Source: Tubiluchus corallicola (taxonomy: Eukaryota; Animalia; Priapulida). Taken from it: a stretch of 64,000 bases of DNA. The notes under the pieces were generated by a model. The model saw only the letters and a program-made list of their open reading frames with translations, did not search any database and had not been told where the DNA came from. The stretch is from assembly GCA_030141605.1 (NCBI GenBank), contig JAQGDQ010000337.1, forward strand, positions 124,001-188,000, given 5' to 3'. The number at the start of each line of letters is the position of its first letter. Positions within the stretch are counted from its first letter, which is position 1. This document shows positions 13,001-25,500 of this stretch, one piece after another. Position numbers and translations under genes: made by a program.

Positions 13001-16000
13001 AATGTACGTCTTTCAATACAATTCACAAAATATACTGAGTGACTTTTCAAATTATCAGCAAGTTATTACTGTTCACTGCATGAACATGTGCAATATTATT
13101 TAATTTGCTTTTCAGTGAAACAAAAAAAAGGATATCTAATAACACAGAATATGAGAATTGGCTTGGATTCTGGAAACGGATGCAGGTAATCCCATATAAG
13201 TGCAATTCCGGCTAAAAAACATGCCGTAAATGATATGAACAATCGTCCATCCATGAGTCTATGGCACTCTGTGTACCCTAGCTTACCAGACATTACCTGA
13301 AAAACAAGCAAACTTAGTTAGAGGAAGGAGTATGAAGTATGTCATATATAGTTGTAATCATTTTGTGCAGTTGTTGGATCGACTTCTGTTATTGATTCAA
13401 ACTTGGTTTCAAACACAGGCGGTCCCTTTCAGCCTAAAAAATTCAAACATTTGCACCTCTATCTACTCAGCGTCTCAGATTCGACTTTAACTCCGGATTT
13501 CCAAATTTTGCCAATTGAAAATCAAACAGGAACTCGGCTGTAAATGACCAAGGCTTTAATTATCAATTTGTATTATGTTAAGCAACTGCTATGATGTTGA
13601 TGTTATTTAGCAGCAAATAGACTTTTTGCCATGTCACAATTTCTACTGAATTAACCCTTTCAGTCCCAAATTATTTTTTTAATAAGAAAATTTTTTTTTG
13701 ATTTAGTACTTTTGTTCAGTATGTCCATCTTGTTTACACATAATAATTATTTTTTCTACCTGTGCCCGCATGCTAAATATAGTCTGTATCCCACGGGATA
13801 CATTGGGATTCAATGGAAGCATAAAATGCTTCATTTTGCAACTGCTGATAATTTTTTAAAATATTTAAGACATTTAGTATGCATGCTATACTGATCTGTA
13901 CAAAGTCGTATCTAAAGTATTGTACCTTGCGCAGTTTTTTTATGCTATGTAAGTTTTCTAGTTTGCCATTTTATCACTATTTTAGTCTATTGTTATTGGC
14001 TTAAATCAAAATAACTATTAACAGATCAAATAACTGTCAGTTTTATTTATTTTAAAGGCAGAAAATATTCTCGTATCCCACGGGATACAACGGGTATGAA
14101 AGGGTTAAAGCACAAAAATGTTAAATCTGCACATTTCCTTTTTAGGACATAACATACAAAAGAATTTAGAAAATACCAGTGACAGTCAGAGAGACAATTT
14201 TATGTTTTCATCACTATGAAATTCTTTGTGTCAAAGAATAAAAACTGCGATAAAAAATGTTTAACAACACTGAAATAAAACGATTATAAATTAGTTTTAC
14301 TAAGCATTTATATACCTATTTAATTTATACAATTTTATATACATATCATTTGCTTAAATTTTAAGTGCAAAATCTATTAAAAAGCAGCATTCATGTCCCA
14401 TTCATGTGTATGGTGATGAATTGAGATACCAGTACAGTAAATCCTCGCTCAGTGACGTTAAAGCGTTCCAGCAAAATACGACGTTAAACGAAACCAAGAC
14501 TTCCATATAAAGTAATATAAAAGAACTGAGATACGTTCCAGACGCAAAAATCAATGCTGCTTAAATCGTATAAATTAAATATTTTATGAGTTTCATTCAT
14601 ATTTCTACTGATTAATTTCTTTCTGTTTGCTTGAAACCACCTTTCTTACCAATATCTAGCTACACTTGATAGCAATTTCCTTTACCTTAAAGTTGAAGCC
14701 CATATATATGCAGTCAGCAGTTAAACATTGTGTAGTGAAAGCCAAGCACACTGCATTGAGCGACCTTGAGACAATTTCATGTAGCACTAATCTGGTTGTT
14801 ATAATAACAGGTTGTAGACAAAATTCTTTGGCATAAAGTTTAAACTCTGGTGTCTGGAGGTGCATAAATCGGCAAACAGCACTCGCTTGATACAAACGGT
14901 TAGCATTTAGTACGTAGTCAGCTGGGAAGCAAAAGCATTGTAATAATTGCACTGCTTAGGTTACTAATGTGTTTTTAGAACAGAATAATGCAATATGTAC
15001 CGTTTTAATACCATAATTAGGTAAAAAAAGTTGTTGATAAAAAAATGGAAAAGATGTCGTTAAAATAAAACATGCGTCGTTAAGTGAAATGCTCCTCGTT
15101 TCTTAAAATAAAACGTCGGTAAAAAGGGAGTCGTAAAGCGAGGACTTACTGTAATCATTATATATTCTATTTGTATATCGCTTATTTAAATCTAACTGGA
15201 AATAAGTCAATCCATATTAATTGAAGAAATCAAATACAAGAAGTCACAGGTTTTTTCTGTGACTTTGATGCTTGATATTATTGATATGATTGATCTTACT
15301 ATTTTTTCCATTCCATCATTTCTTCTGACCATAACCATTCTTTCATTCACTCATCCTCCCCTCCATTCCTTCTTCCTATCCCTAATATTACTATTTTTCT
15401 CCATTCTATCATTTCTTCCGACCCTAACCATTTTTTCATTCACTCATATGTGCCACCTTAACAAGCCAAGCTTTCAAGGTGTCATACAGCAACTCTTTTA
15501 TTTGGTTAATTTGACTTGATCAATGTTTTTTTTTACCTATACTGTTTCTTTTTTTCAACAATATTGTATGTTGATGTATTGTATATGTATTGCTGGAGTG
15601 AAATAAACTGATTTGATTTGATGATTTCATGAAATACAGATTAAATGTGAATCCGCTTTTTCTGGTTGTAGTCCAGATCCAGAGCTTGCCATTCTTGTAA
15701 CTGCCATGTTACTATTATGTATTACAGTAAAAGAACTTGACAAGTTGAATCTAAAATAATAACATAAACTGTCACACGAGCAATAATACCAACCTTTTTA
15801 GCTGCATCATCTAAAGCATTTTTAACTGCAGTCCCGTCCCACTTGTCAACCTTGATCGGTTTTTCTTCTTCTTTCGTTGTAGCTACATTCTGCTGTCCCT
15901 GTTTAATAAAAAAAACTTGAAGATGTAAGCTGATATATTCTATAAAACTGATATATCTTATCAAAGTGATTATATCAAAAATGTTAAATTTAGCATAGTT

Positions 16001-16669
16001 TTACAACCACTAGTGCATAGTTGAAGTTTTACATAAAATCGATATGTACTTTGTATTTTCGATGTATCATTGACACGATCGATAACAATTTTTTAATTAT
16101 TAGTCAGTTTAACTAACTACTTAGTGTTAGCTTCAAAATATTTTTATTGAAAGGAATAGAAAAAATGCAGAAATTACGCTCACAGCCACAGCTCACATTT
16201 TAGCTTGCACTGCATGGGAAATCTCGTTATCCTAAATGTGATATATGACATTTCTTTTGGAAAGATGTTTAATTAGCAAAACAGCAACCAGTTAGCAGTT
16301 ATGTAGAATAAATTTGTTTTAAAAAATTTAAAAAATAGGCAGGATAGTTTTAAAAAATCACGTAATTCATTACATTGCCTTGCTCTATTTAACGATTTCT
16401 TACTTTTGTATAACGGATACTATCAGTGACAATCAAGAACTTACACTACGAATACCGCTACCCACTGCCCTACCACACCCCCACCCCACGTAACTCCTTA
16501 TCACTCTCATCTCCGCAGGAAAAACAGCACCCCTGACTATTGCTTCTTTGAACATAATCGAGAATAAGCATCATTACATGATTTTGAAAAATTAGATGAA
16601 CTACGTTCGATAATAATTGGTGCAAACCTTTGACAGGGAAGCGTCTTTCTTTTTCGTGTTAGAAGGCAT
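10016..16669 (-). CDS. SPCS2: Signal peptidase complex subunit 2 (SPC25), 5 coding exons, 209 aa
   Basis: Exons 16669-16628 ([14 protein letters not shown]), 15898-15794 (GQQ...[23 protein letters not shown]), 13296-13136 ([19 protein letters not shown]...[19 protein letters not shown]), 10748-10614 ([12 protein letters not shown]...[13 protein letters not shown]), 10202-10016 (RYDDIYNL...[11 protein letters not shown]...[12 protein letters not shown]). Total 630 nt in frame, two TM helices and diagnostic SPCS2 motifs. Confidence 0.93.
11112..11185 (+). mobile_element. Degenerate tRNA-derived SINE head
   Basis: GGGCCGGAAGCTTAGATGGTAGAGCA...GGGTTCAAAA has A/B-box-like motifs but no intact cloverleaf. 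Confidence 0.45.
12482..12836. mobile_element. Probable non-autonomous DNA transposon remnant
   Basis: GC-rich ends CATGGGCGTCCGTAG...CTGGCGCCGCCGCTG with loose inverted complementarity, and an internal GGGGCTCCGCACCGGACCCCC motif typical of invertebrate MITEs. Confidence 0.35.
13655..14104. mobile_element. piggyBac-type MITE in SPCS2 intron 2
   Basis: TTAA target-site duplication (13651-13654, 14105-14108), termini CCCTTTCA...TGAAAGGG, and two internal GTATCCCACGGGATAC near-palindromes (~13786, ~14073). Confidence 0.8.
14435..15151. mobile_element. Tc1/mariner (pogo/Tigger-like) MITE in SPCS2 intron 2
   Basis: TA duplications flank TIRs CAGTAAATCCTCGCT...AGCGAGGACTTACTG. A second copy starts at 17445. 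Confidence 0.82.
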
Positions 16670-17259
16670 TAGACTAACAGAAATTGCAGAAAAACATTTA
16701 CAAATCACAGTTTCACTGAAATTTCACGTGTAATAGTGGACGCAAAACACGCGAAATTGAAAATCAAGAACAATTAATTCATGTTTGCTGCGCTTTATTC
16801 TAGCATTTCAGCATTAAGTGCAACTTAGCTTTAAAAAGTAAAATTACAAAAGCAATTTTCATATTTTTGCCCAATTTCTCGATATGCAAGACATTCAAAT
16901 ACAAAGTGTTATTCATCCTCTATTGCGTGTTGCACGTTACTGTAATGATAGAGAAGAAACAGAGTTGTGCATTTTCTTGTCGATTCCTATCTGCCTTTTT
17001 CAATTTGCAGGTCATGATCACTTATCCTGAATTTTTTCATTTAATCTTATTCTTAAAGTTATTTTTAATCTTTCAGTCTTCCTTAATCTTTTATAATAAT
17101 TTTGGCTACTCAAAGCATGACTAACATTAAGCCCTCAATCTCTCCTCTAAAAGTTTGTTCACTACCACTTGTTCACTACCAGTTGTCTCAGAAATATTGT
17201 GCGCATAAGCGTTTTCACAGTTCCAGTAATTGATAATAATTGTGAAAAGGTCAATAGTT

Positions 17260-17442
17260 CAGGACCAGCTCTATGCAATTTGACACCATAAGCAAAAGTA
17301 TATTAGCACCCCCCCTTCACATGTCAACCCCTTTCCTACAGACCAAATGCACCCACATACAAACTTGAAGTTTTGTTGCATATATTTTAGTAAAATGGTA
17401 CTTGTGTGTTAGGCTCATATACCATAGTGTGCTAATTAATAG
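17260..17442. mobile_element. Truncated copy of the hAT-like MITE found at 29756
   Basis: CAGGACCAGCTCTATGCAATTTGACACCATAAGCAAAAGTATATTAGCACCCCCC aligns with the left end of the element at 29756. Confidence 0.65.
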
Positions 17443-17444
17443 TA

Positions 17445-17670
17445 CAGTAAGTCCTCGCTTAGCGATGTTAATCCGTCCCAGTAAAACGCAACGTTTAGTG
17501 AAACATCGTTAAAGGAAGCCAAGACTTCCATAGAAAATAATGTGAAAGAGCTGAGATACGTTCCAGAGGCAAAAATCAATGCTACTTAAATCATATAAGT
17601 AAAAGGTTTGAGTAATGTGTCTTACTCATGGTTCTACTGCTTTCTTTTTGCTTGCTTGAAACCACCTATA
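17445..17670. mobile_element. Truncated copy of the Tigger-like MITE
   Basis: TA|CAGTAAGTCCTCGCTT...CCAAGACTTCCATA...GAGATACGTTCCAGA...GCTTGAAACCACCT closely matches 14435-14642. Confidence 0.75.
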
Positions 17671-18301
17671 TATCTTACTTGCCTAGGCAGCTAGCAGTTC
17701 TCCTTTCGCTTGCGTGTAGGCAAATAGGTATAGGAATTGAAATAGTACTAATTTGACAAGTGTGTGGTAGTGTAAGATTATAGTCAATAATAGTAATACT
17801 GCATTATATTTACGTGCGGTATTGTGTACATCCAGCTAATAACATAGTTAATAAATCGAGCAAAAATACGTGTCTCAAATCTCAAATGCCAAACGGCAGT
17901 ATTAAATTTATTTACACCTGCTTCGTTGTCGCTGGCTATGAGAAGGATCGACAGTATCCGTTGTATTCAGTGTTATAAGAGCGAGACAGTGACAGGCGTT
18001 ACGTATCCCGAAGCTTTAACACGCGCAGAGTATTGAGCGCTTCATACAAAACTGAACGGTGCGTTGTTTACTTTTTACAATTTCGCGACACTTTATTTAT
18101 AACCTGTAATTTGTGCTACATTATTTTTGTACAGCGTCATGTCATTCATTACTTTCTCTCATAAAGTTATCTAGTTTTGTGACTAGTAAAGTGAGAGTCT
18201 AAAGATCTGCGAAAACCTAAAATTTGATAATGTGTGTTTGAAAATTTTCATTACAAAATTGAAAGGTGCCAAGACCAAACTTGAATCAAAAGGAAAACAC
18301 C

Positions 18302-20602
18302 ATGGCAGATAAAAGTACATCGAAAAGCTTATCGTCTCTTGGTACTGAAGAGCAGAGTTTAGAAACAACTGTCCCTACAGACCTTTCTTTTTCGCCTGAT
18401 ACTACATCAGAAAAAGGTGCTCCTGGAAGTAAGGCCAAGGTTACAAGACAAGTAATTGAACGAAAGCAAATGATTCATGATATTCAAATGCTGAAAATTG
18501 AACTGTCACAGAAAAACCTTATTATTGACAATCTTAAAGCTGAGCACCTAACCAAAATGGAGGAACTGGAAGAGAAGTTGTCAAGCGTCAATCACAAAAA
18601 CAGTATTTTACAAACGAAATTAGAGTCTCAGATTAGAATTCACAATGAAGAACTTAGGCAGTTGAAAAGTAAAACAACTTTAGAGCTGGAAATGCTGATA
18701 AAGAGGCAAAAGATTCTTGAAGCCACAAATGATCAACTTCAGTCTAAAGCTGGAGATATAAAACAACATTTAAATAACTTGGAGATAACGGAAAATGAGT
18801 ATCTACAGTTAAAAGGACAAAATGAGCACATGTTATCATTGAAAAACTTTGCGTCTCTTAAGGTTTATGAAGCAGTGAGATCGTTGAAGCTTGAAATAGA
18901 GGAACTCCGAATCGCACGCCAGTCTCTTGGTCATGACCTCAAGATGCGTAATCAGGAACTTGATCTATGCAAGGAATCAAGTACAAAGGCAAAGGAAGCT
19001 TTAGCTGAGTTGCAAGTCAGGTATCATAAAGTCATTACAGAACTGAACGAAGCAAAATCACATCTTAAGCAAGACAATTACCGAATCAATAACTTTGATG
19101 ACGTGAAGAACAATAACTTGAAATTAGAAGAAGATTTGCTTGAACTAAAAAAGAAATATTCCCACTTAGATGCGACATTTCATGCCTTGAATAAAGAACG
19201 TGATGACTTGTTGAAAGAAACTGCTAGTTTGACTCAATCTGTTGCTTTATTAAAACAGGATAAAGAGTATTTATCTCATCGTTTGACTGAATTAACGAGT
19301 CATAACATTAATGTTGATGAAAAGTTGCAGCAAACAATTGCACAACTTGATGCTGCTAAGCAAGCTCGTGAAGAGATGTATGAAAAATACATAAACTCCA
19401 GAGACCAGTACAAAAGTCATTATGAGTTACAATTAAAAGAAGAACTAGATTCAATCAGAACAAAAACAAACAGTGAGATAGATCGGCTTAGAACAACGAC
19501 CAGAGAAATGTATGAACGAGAAAACAGAAATTTAAGGGAGTCGAGAGATCAGTATCTTTCAGAAAAAGAGAAAGCAGTTTTGGCGGAAAGAGAAATTTCT
19601 ACAAAATATGAAGAGCTTTTGTCAGAGTTTCGTCAGTTACAAGTTCAAGGTGATAGCCGTGTATCAAGCTTGCAAAATGAAGTTAGATTAAAAACTTTTG
19701 AAAGTGAAAGGACTCAACTTCTATATGAAGAAACACTGAAAAACTTAAGAGAAATTCAGTTAGAAAGCACGAAACTAAACAAAAAAATAGAGGTGTTAAC
19801 TAGGGAGTATCATGCGATGGAAAATCAACAAGAAAAGAGATTTGTTGAGACTGAGGCTAGACTTAAAGAAGCAAAATCAAGATTGGACAGTTATGAAAAA
19901 CTAGAACAAGAACTTGATGAAGTGATATTACAAGCTGCTGAAGTTGAAGATCCAAAGGAAGCAGAAAGAGTTATGTTCGCTTATGGTTACGGTGCCAATG
20001 TGCCAAGTACTGCAAAGCGTCGGATGCAGCATAGTGTGCATTTAGCTCGGCGAGTCTTGCAGCTTGAACGGGCAAATACTTCATTACGAATCCAAGCTGA
20101 AAAAGATGTAACAACTACTAAGCAGTTAACTGAGGAAATTAAACACCTGACCTCCTTGTTAGACGAAGCGCAACAACCTTATAATTATTTAATAGACAGC
20201 ATGCGTCAGAGAGACAACACAATCAGGTCTCAGAGGGAACAAATCAAATCTCTAGAAACTGACATTAGCCAGCTAACAAAAGAGAGAAATGATCTTATTA
20301 AGGTTAAAAATCAATTGTCATCAGACCTAGAACGATTGCTGAATCAGAGAGAGGAACTCGGACTGCTTAAGAAAACTGTGCTTACACTCCAGAAACATGG
20401 TCAGCTGGGACAAGGAGATGTTGGTGATCTGACTCATGAACAGACACTTAATGACGAAGATCATGGGGTACCAAATGTACGACAGCCTCAGCCTACTGCA
20501 TTTACAAAAAGTAAAATATCATCAGAATTATTCAACAAGTTGAAACAGGACACGTCATTAGCAACAAATTTTTCTAACGAATATGCTATTTCAACTTCTT
20601 GA
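18302..20602 (+). CDS. PIBF1: Progesterone-induced blocking factor 1 / CEP90, centriolar coiled-coil protein, 766 aa, intronless
   Basis: First ATG at 18302 (the ORF track starts at an upstream GTG). Long coiled coil with PIBF1 motifs SLETTVPTD, KVTRQVIERKQMIHDIQMLKIELSQKNLIIDNLK and FAYGYGANVPSTAKRRMQHSVHLARRVLQLE. Candidate AATAAA at 21341. Confidence 0.93.
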   Translation: MADKSTSKSLSSLGTEEQSLETTVPTDLSFSPDTTSEKGAPGSKAKVTRQVIERKQMIHDIQMLKIELSQKNLIIDNLKAEHLTKMEELEEKLSSVNHKNSILQTKLESQIRIHNEELRQLKSKTTLELEMLIKRQKILEATNDQLQSKAGDIKQHLNNLEITENEYLQLKGQNEHMLSLKNFASLKVYEAVRSLKLEIEELRIARQSLGHDLKMRNQELDLCKESSTKAKEALAELQVRYHKVITELNEAKSHLKQDNYRINNFDDVKNNNLKLEEDLLELKKKYSHLDATFHALNKERDDLLKETASLTQSVALLKQDKEYLSHRLTELTSHNINVDEKLQQTIAQLDAAKQAREEMYEKYINSRDQYKSHYELQLKEELDSIRTKTNSEIDRLRTTTREMYERENRNLRESRDQYLSEKEKAVLAEREISTKYEELLSEFRQLQVQGDSRVSSLQNEVRLKTFESERTQLLYEETLKNLREIQLESTKLNKKIEVLTREYHAMENQQEKRFVETEARLKEAKSRLDSYEKLEQELDEVILQAAEVEDPKEAERVMFAYGYGANVPSTAKRRMQHSVHLARRVLQLERANTSLRIQAEKDVTTTKQLTEEIKHLTSLLDEAQQPYNYLIDSMRQRDNTIRSQREQIKSLETDISQLTKERNDLIKVKNQLSSDLERLLNQREELGLLKKTVLTLQKHGQLGQGDVGDLTHEQTLNDEDHGVPNVRQPQPTAFTKSKISSELFNKLKQDTSLATNFSNEYAISTS

Positions 20603-22374
20603 TAACAGTTTTAAATAATTTGCTTAATTACCTATTGGTGCATTTTTCACTTTTTGCTAATTAAAAGATATGTATAGCAGTGCATTGCATTAAAATTAAA
20701 TGAGAAGTACATGTATTGCAATAATTTATATGGCATTATAAAAATTTAATGTAAAAGTGCAAAAGAAGTGGAAAAAACGTTTGGTTTAAGAGTTCAAGTG
20801 GTTCAAGAGTGGTAAGTTACAGTTTATTGCAGTATATTATACTATGTATAGGCAAAGATTTACATGTCACTGTTACTTGTTAGGGAGAGACTGTTAGCCT
20901 GCATATTGAACAGTAGTTGAAAAGTGCCTGGTATATGGGCTGTTTTTGTGAAACAATCGAATGCAGTTTTTTTCATTGTGCAACAAAATGCCCATTGTTT
21001 GCCTCACTTTTTGCACAATCTAACAATATCTGCCTGCACTGCATATATATGTTATTTAAATCTGTGGTACAGTGATATATGCATATATAAGAAATTTTTT
21101 ATGTACAGTACAAAATGTTTTCCTGTTCTTCTTCTAGCATCAGTTCTGCATTTCAAAAGCAGTGACGGTGTCATTTACTACTAATATTTATTTTGCTCTG
21201 TATAGTCTATTTGTTGGTCTGTTGGTACTTGACAAAAATATCACTGTACCTGTATAATGTATTTATTTCACTATTTTTAGTAACTTAAGATGAATTTTTC
21301 TATTTAAATTTAAGTACGTACATGTATTTTAGTTAACTTTAATAAATTTGTTTTGAATAAGCTATTTATTAATACACTTGTGTTACACTATAAAAGTACA
21401 ATAATCAATGCCAATGATGTCACAGTTATGATGTACAATTCATGGTGGTATTGTGTCATATGTGCTATTCATCATACATGTAATACAGAATATATGTACA
21501 TGAAATAATTTAACTGAGTGCTGTATTTAGTTAGTAAATAATAGTAGATCTCTCCTGTATAATACTCTACATAGTAAAAATTCAGTTTATATTTACAAGA
21601 ACTATAAGGTGTTGTCGTAGGAAGGAGATGAGAACTTGAAGATAATTTCTTGCAAGGTGGGAATGAACTAGACTGATGGAAGTAATCAAATGATTTTTCC
21701 CTCAAGTAAAGTTGGGAATGCAACTTGATTTAATTTTAATTTAAATGTACCAGCTAATCATCGTCATCGTTAATTATTATAATTCTTTTGACGTCACATG
21801 GGGATAGACTCGTTTCCTAAGAAAAGTTCTTTGTGTGTAAAATTTTTTGCCTGACAAAAAAAAATTCACGAAAAATTTTATCAGCAAAAATCTTTCCAAA
21901 CAAAAAAATTGTCATATCCGAAAATAAAATTCACAGAAAATATTGTTTTTAAAGTGCAGCTAAATATTATGCAATGAAAAGTAGTTTATTTTAACTTGTT
22001 AAGGCAAGAAGGTTTTTTTATCAATGTCTGAATGAATAATAGCGAATAATGTTGATACGCATGAGTGATCACGACATGTGTTTGGCAAAGCTGGACCTGG
22101 CGACTGATTTGTTGGGAGACAGTTTAATAGTCTCACTCTTGGGCAGGTTCTTTTACTTTGATTAAGAATTATTTCGTTCATTTCTTAGTGGTTAGAAAAC
22201 ATGTACATGCTTCCAAATGTGACTGTGGTATCTTTGTCAGTTTGGTATTTCATCTCAGAGAATTATCCTGCTAATGAACTAGGATCTGGTCCTGCCATAG
22301 AAGAATCAGTAAAAGATTTTGCTAAGCAGCATGATTTATTTCGCAAATTTAGACGTCAAGGTATATGTGATATA

Positions 22375-22572
22375 ATGTGACAAAAACTTTTTCCAGTGAA
22401 GTTATCTTCTCACACACTGTACAATTCACATGGCACATACGTGTGGCAAAAAATGTTTTCATATGAGCCTTTTAATTCGTTCTCACTTAGACGAAAAACC
22501 TTATGAGCGTCATCACTATGACAAAAAATTCTGTTTCAGAACTGGTTTCACCTCACAAAAATTAGTACGCAC
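22375..22572 (+). pseudogene. Decayed C2H2 (Kruppel-type) zinc-finger array fragment
   Basis: Reads CDKNFFQ*SYLLTHCTIH...CGKKCFHMSLLIRSHLDEKPYERHHYDKKF...QKLVRT. It has an HTGEKPY-like linker, an in-frame stop, and zinc ligands one base from Cys/His (CGT/TAT for TGT; CAA/CGC for CAC). Confidence 0.6.
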
Positions 22573-25500
22573 ACAGATCGAAACACCCGTTCGCCCAGAA
22601 ACGTGGCCAGCAATTATCTAACGCCGTGATTGTCATATTCCGTGGAAAAATTGCCCGACTTCTTCATCCACACCAGATTTTTTGAATTATTTTTTTACTG
22701 GAGTGAAAAAAGTGATAAATGGCATCATTTAGATGTGCACTATTCTACAAAACATGATTTTGCTAGTCTTTCTTGTGTCACATTGTAAGTCTGACATGCT
22801 TAGAATAATTCTACATCAGAAACTGGATACGTTAGTGGTGGAAGGTCATCAGATGGTGTGACATCACAATTATGTTACCAAAAAATGCCTTAAATCCATG
22901 GAGCTTTAATGTCGGTTTTTAACGTTCGTGCACGTTGGGACTTTTTAATAATTGTGTAAATTATGCAAATTCTGTGCAGATGTCATTTGCTGTACTAAGG
23001 AGCCCTAAAGCAATTTTGGGCAGCAGCAGCAGAACGGACACAAAGAACAGGACTGCCCGCAAAAAAGTGCAATATCTTTTCCTTGTAAAATTATGAATAA
23101 CAGACATTTGAAACTGTGGTAGTGAAAGAATTAGTTTGGTTTGTTGTGTTTAGTAACAGTTTGTACGCCATGTCAATGCAATTAACAGGTAATTTTAGAC
23201 ATTAAACACCACTAGATGAATTTAGCTTGTACTTTGTAATAAAATTGGAAAGGAATCTGTAACAAAATTGCTGAATGTATGAACGTTTACTTAATTAGTT
23301 AAAACTGTGATTGTTCAGGGTAATAACGATCACAAACAAATAATAACTTTCACAACCAAATTACATCAAGTGCACACAATATGCGATTACTTTTATATCT
23401 GACACAAGTTTTGCAATTTTCACATCCTGATTATGCCAAGTAATGAATGTAGAGCTATCATTATACTTTAGTGGAGACAGCACACCACTCTTTCTGTAAA
23501 ATGAGCTAATACTGCACATGTAAGTTCCTAAGGCTTAACTATTATTCTTTGATTATTTGTTTGTGGTCTTTACAAAATAGTAAATCACTTAGACACCTGC
23601 AGATCTTTCGGTGGGGGTAATTTGCAGAGGTAGCATAGTTTTTGAACATGTATTATGTTTAACTCTATTCCAAATTTTTGAATTTTATATTTTTTATTAT
23701 GTTTAACTCTATTCCAAATTTTTGAATTTTATATTTTTTATCAATATAAATTTGATGTCTATTTTGTGTTTAACTATGCTATAAAATTCTGAATGCAACT
23801 TAATATAAAAATTCAGTAAAAGTAAAACAAGAAAACATTCAGATATTGTTTAAACTCTGACTTTATTTGCCTAATGCAAAAGCTAATTTTCTGATCAAAT
23901 TTTGTCCACTGTTCAGTCAGAGTGGCACACAGACCTATAAACACACAGCATGACAGCACCCAAATCTGGCTTTTATAAGCTATATAGCTAGCTGCTTTAT
24001 GCTTGCAGCTGTGCCTAAAGCTCTATGTTAAACTATTTCCATGGACTTTTAGCCCCATAGTTAATATAATTGGTTAATAATACATAGCATAAACAAATCA
24101 CATTATAGGTATCCAATACGACATCTGTGACCAGCAAAGAATTTTGAAGGTCATTGTTATCAAACTACACGTGTAGTGAAAATCCTTTGGCCAAAATGCA
24201 TCCTTTACAGTTGAGGCTAATGGCTACTCAGCACTTTAAATGACAAACAAAAATCAGTTACTGAGCCACAGACTTGCATATCCAACAATACAGGAAACAA
24301 CGGTACAATAATTTAGTGCTCTGTGCAGCTGTAGTAACATGTTATTTAGACAGGATCTGAACTCCTGTGAAACAATGACTTTATAATCATGAATAGGTAA
24401 AATTTGCATGTTATGATCACACAACATCACATCTACACGGTTACAGCAAATAATAGTTACATTGTTAATATATCATCACTTAGTTTTAATTATAGACCTT
24501 CAGCAGACATGTACTGCACATGTCAAAGTATAGTTTTACTTACTGTAACTGTCTATTTTTTGTTACCCCAAAAAACCATCAGCACAGAGCACCAAAAGTG
24601 ATATGTGATGAATACAAGTTATCTAGAAAAGTTGTCAGCTTAAATTAGCACTGCATCACGCCAGAATCCAGCAGAAAATAACGACAACACAGACATACTT
24701 ATACAGCTGTGGAAATAGCACTATACCACAAATAATTTTACTGATTACCCACACCAACACAGGATCAAACTTTTCTACTGTTTAAAACACAAAAACGCAC
24801 TGTACTATTTGCAACCGTCCTGCACCCACAAGCGATGGGTTGAGAAGTAAAACAAGCACAATTCTTTCAAGATATTTTATGCGATTAGCTTCGCTTATTA
24901 GCTGTAAAGCACAAGCTCAAGCGAATAAGCAAAAATTGAATCGATTTATTCGCCTTTCCAGTACACGTATTGGCAGACGGTTTCAACGAGGACTGTTACG
25001 GTAAATTTGATTACAATTTCATTCTTATTTAGCACGGCTAGCTTATATACAAGACACAGATTTTCACAGTAGAATACAAAGAACTCACGTCTGTAAGAGG
25101 TTCAATGAAACTAGTTGAGTTTAATTGCTTGCAAATAATTCTGGATACAAAGATATAGAAGAATCGTACCATGACAGTAAAATCTGATCTTATAATCAAA
25201 GAAATGACACTGACATAAGCTAACCATGTTAAATAGCGTTCACAAAATATGAACGCATGCCAAATCTCAACGTGGTACATTGAATTCACTCGCTCGATAA
25301 ATTACTGGTGGCCACGTTAATTTTGCAATTTTAGTCCAGCTGCTGAACCAAAGCTTACGCAAGTCGCAACAAAAAGCAGGCCGTGCCTTAAAAATGTTCA
25401 TACAAAAATTATTTTAATACAGTCCAACATATACTTACAATTTCTACAGTCCTTTATACAGAAAACTACTCACGTTGAGCAAGTAAAAAACGTTCTCCAA

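Larger units (their letters stand above)
10749..13135 (-). other. U12-type (minor spliceosome) AT-AC intron of SPCS2
   Basis: 5' splice site ATATCCTTTT at 13135. Branch site TTTCTTTAAC at 10766-10757. Terminal AC at 10750-10749. Splicing restores AG|T = Ser in CVI-S-YF. Confidence 0.93.

Noticed and set aside
18266-18301. GTG-initiated N-terminal extension of PIBF1 from the ORF track
   Set aside because: Eukaryotic gene; the first ATG at 18302 gives a normal-length protein.
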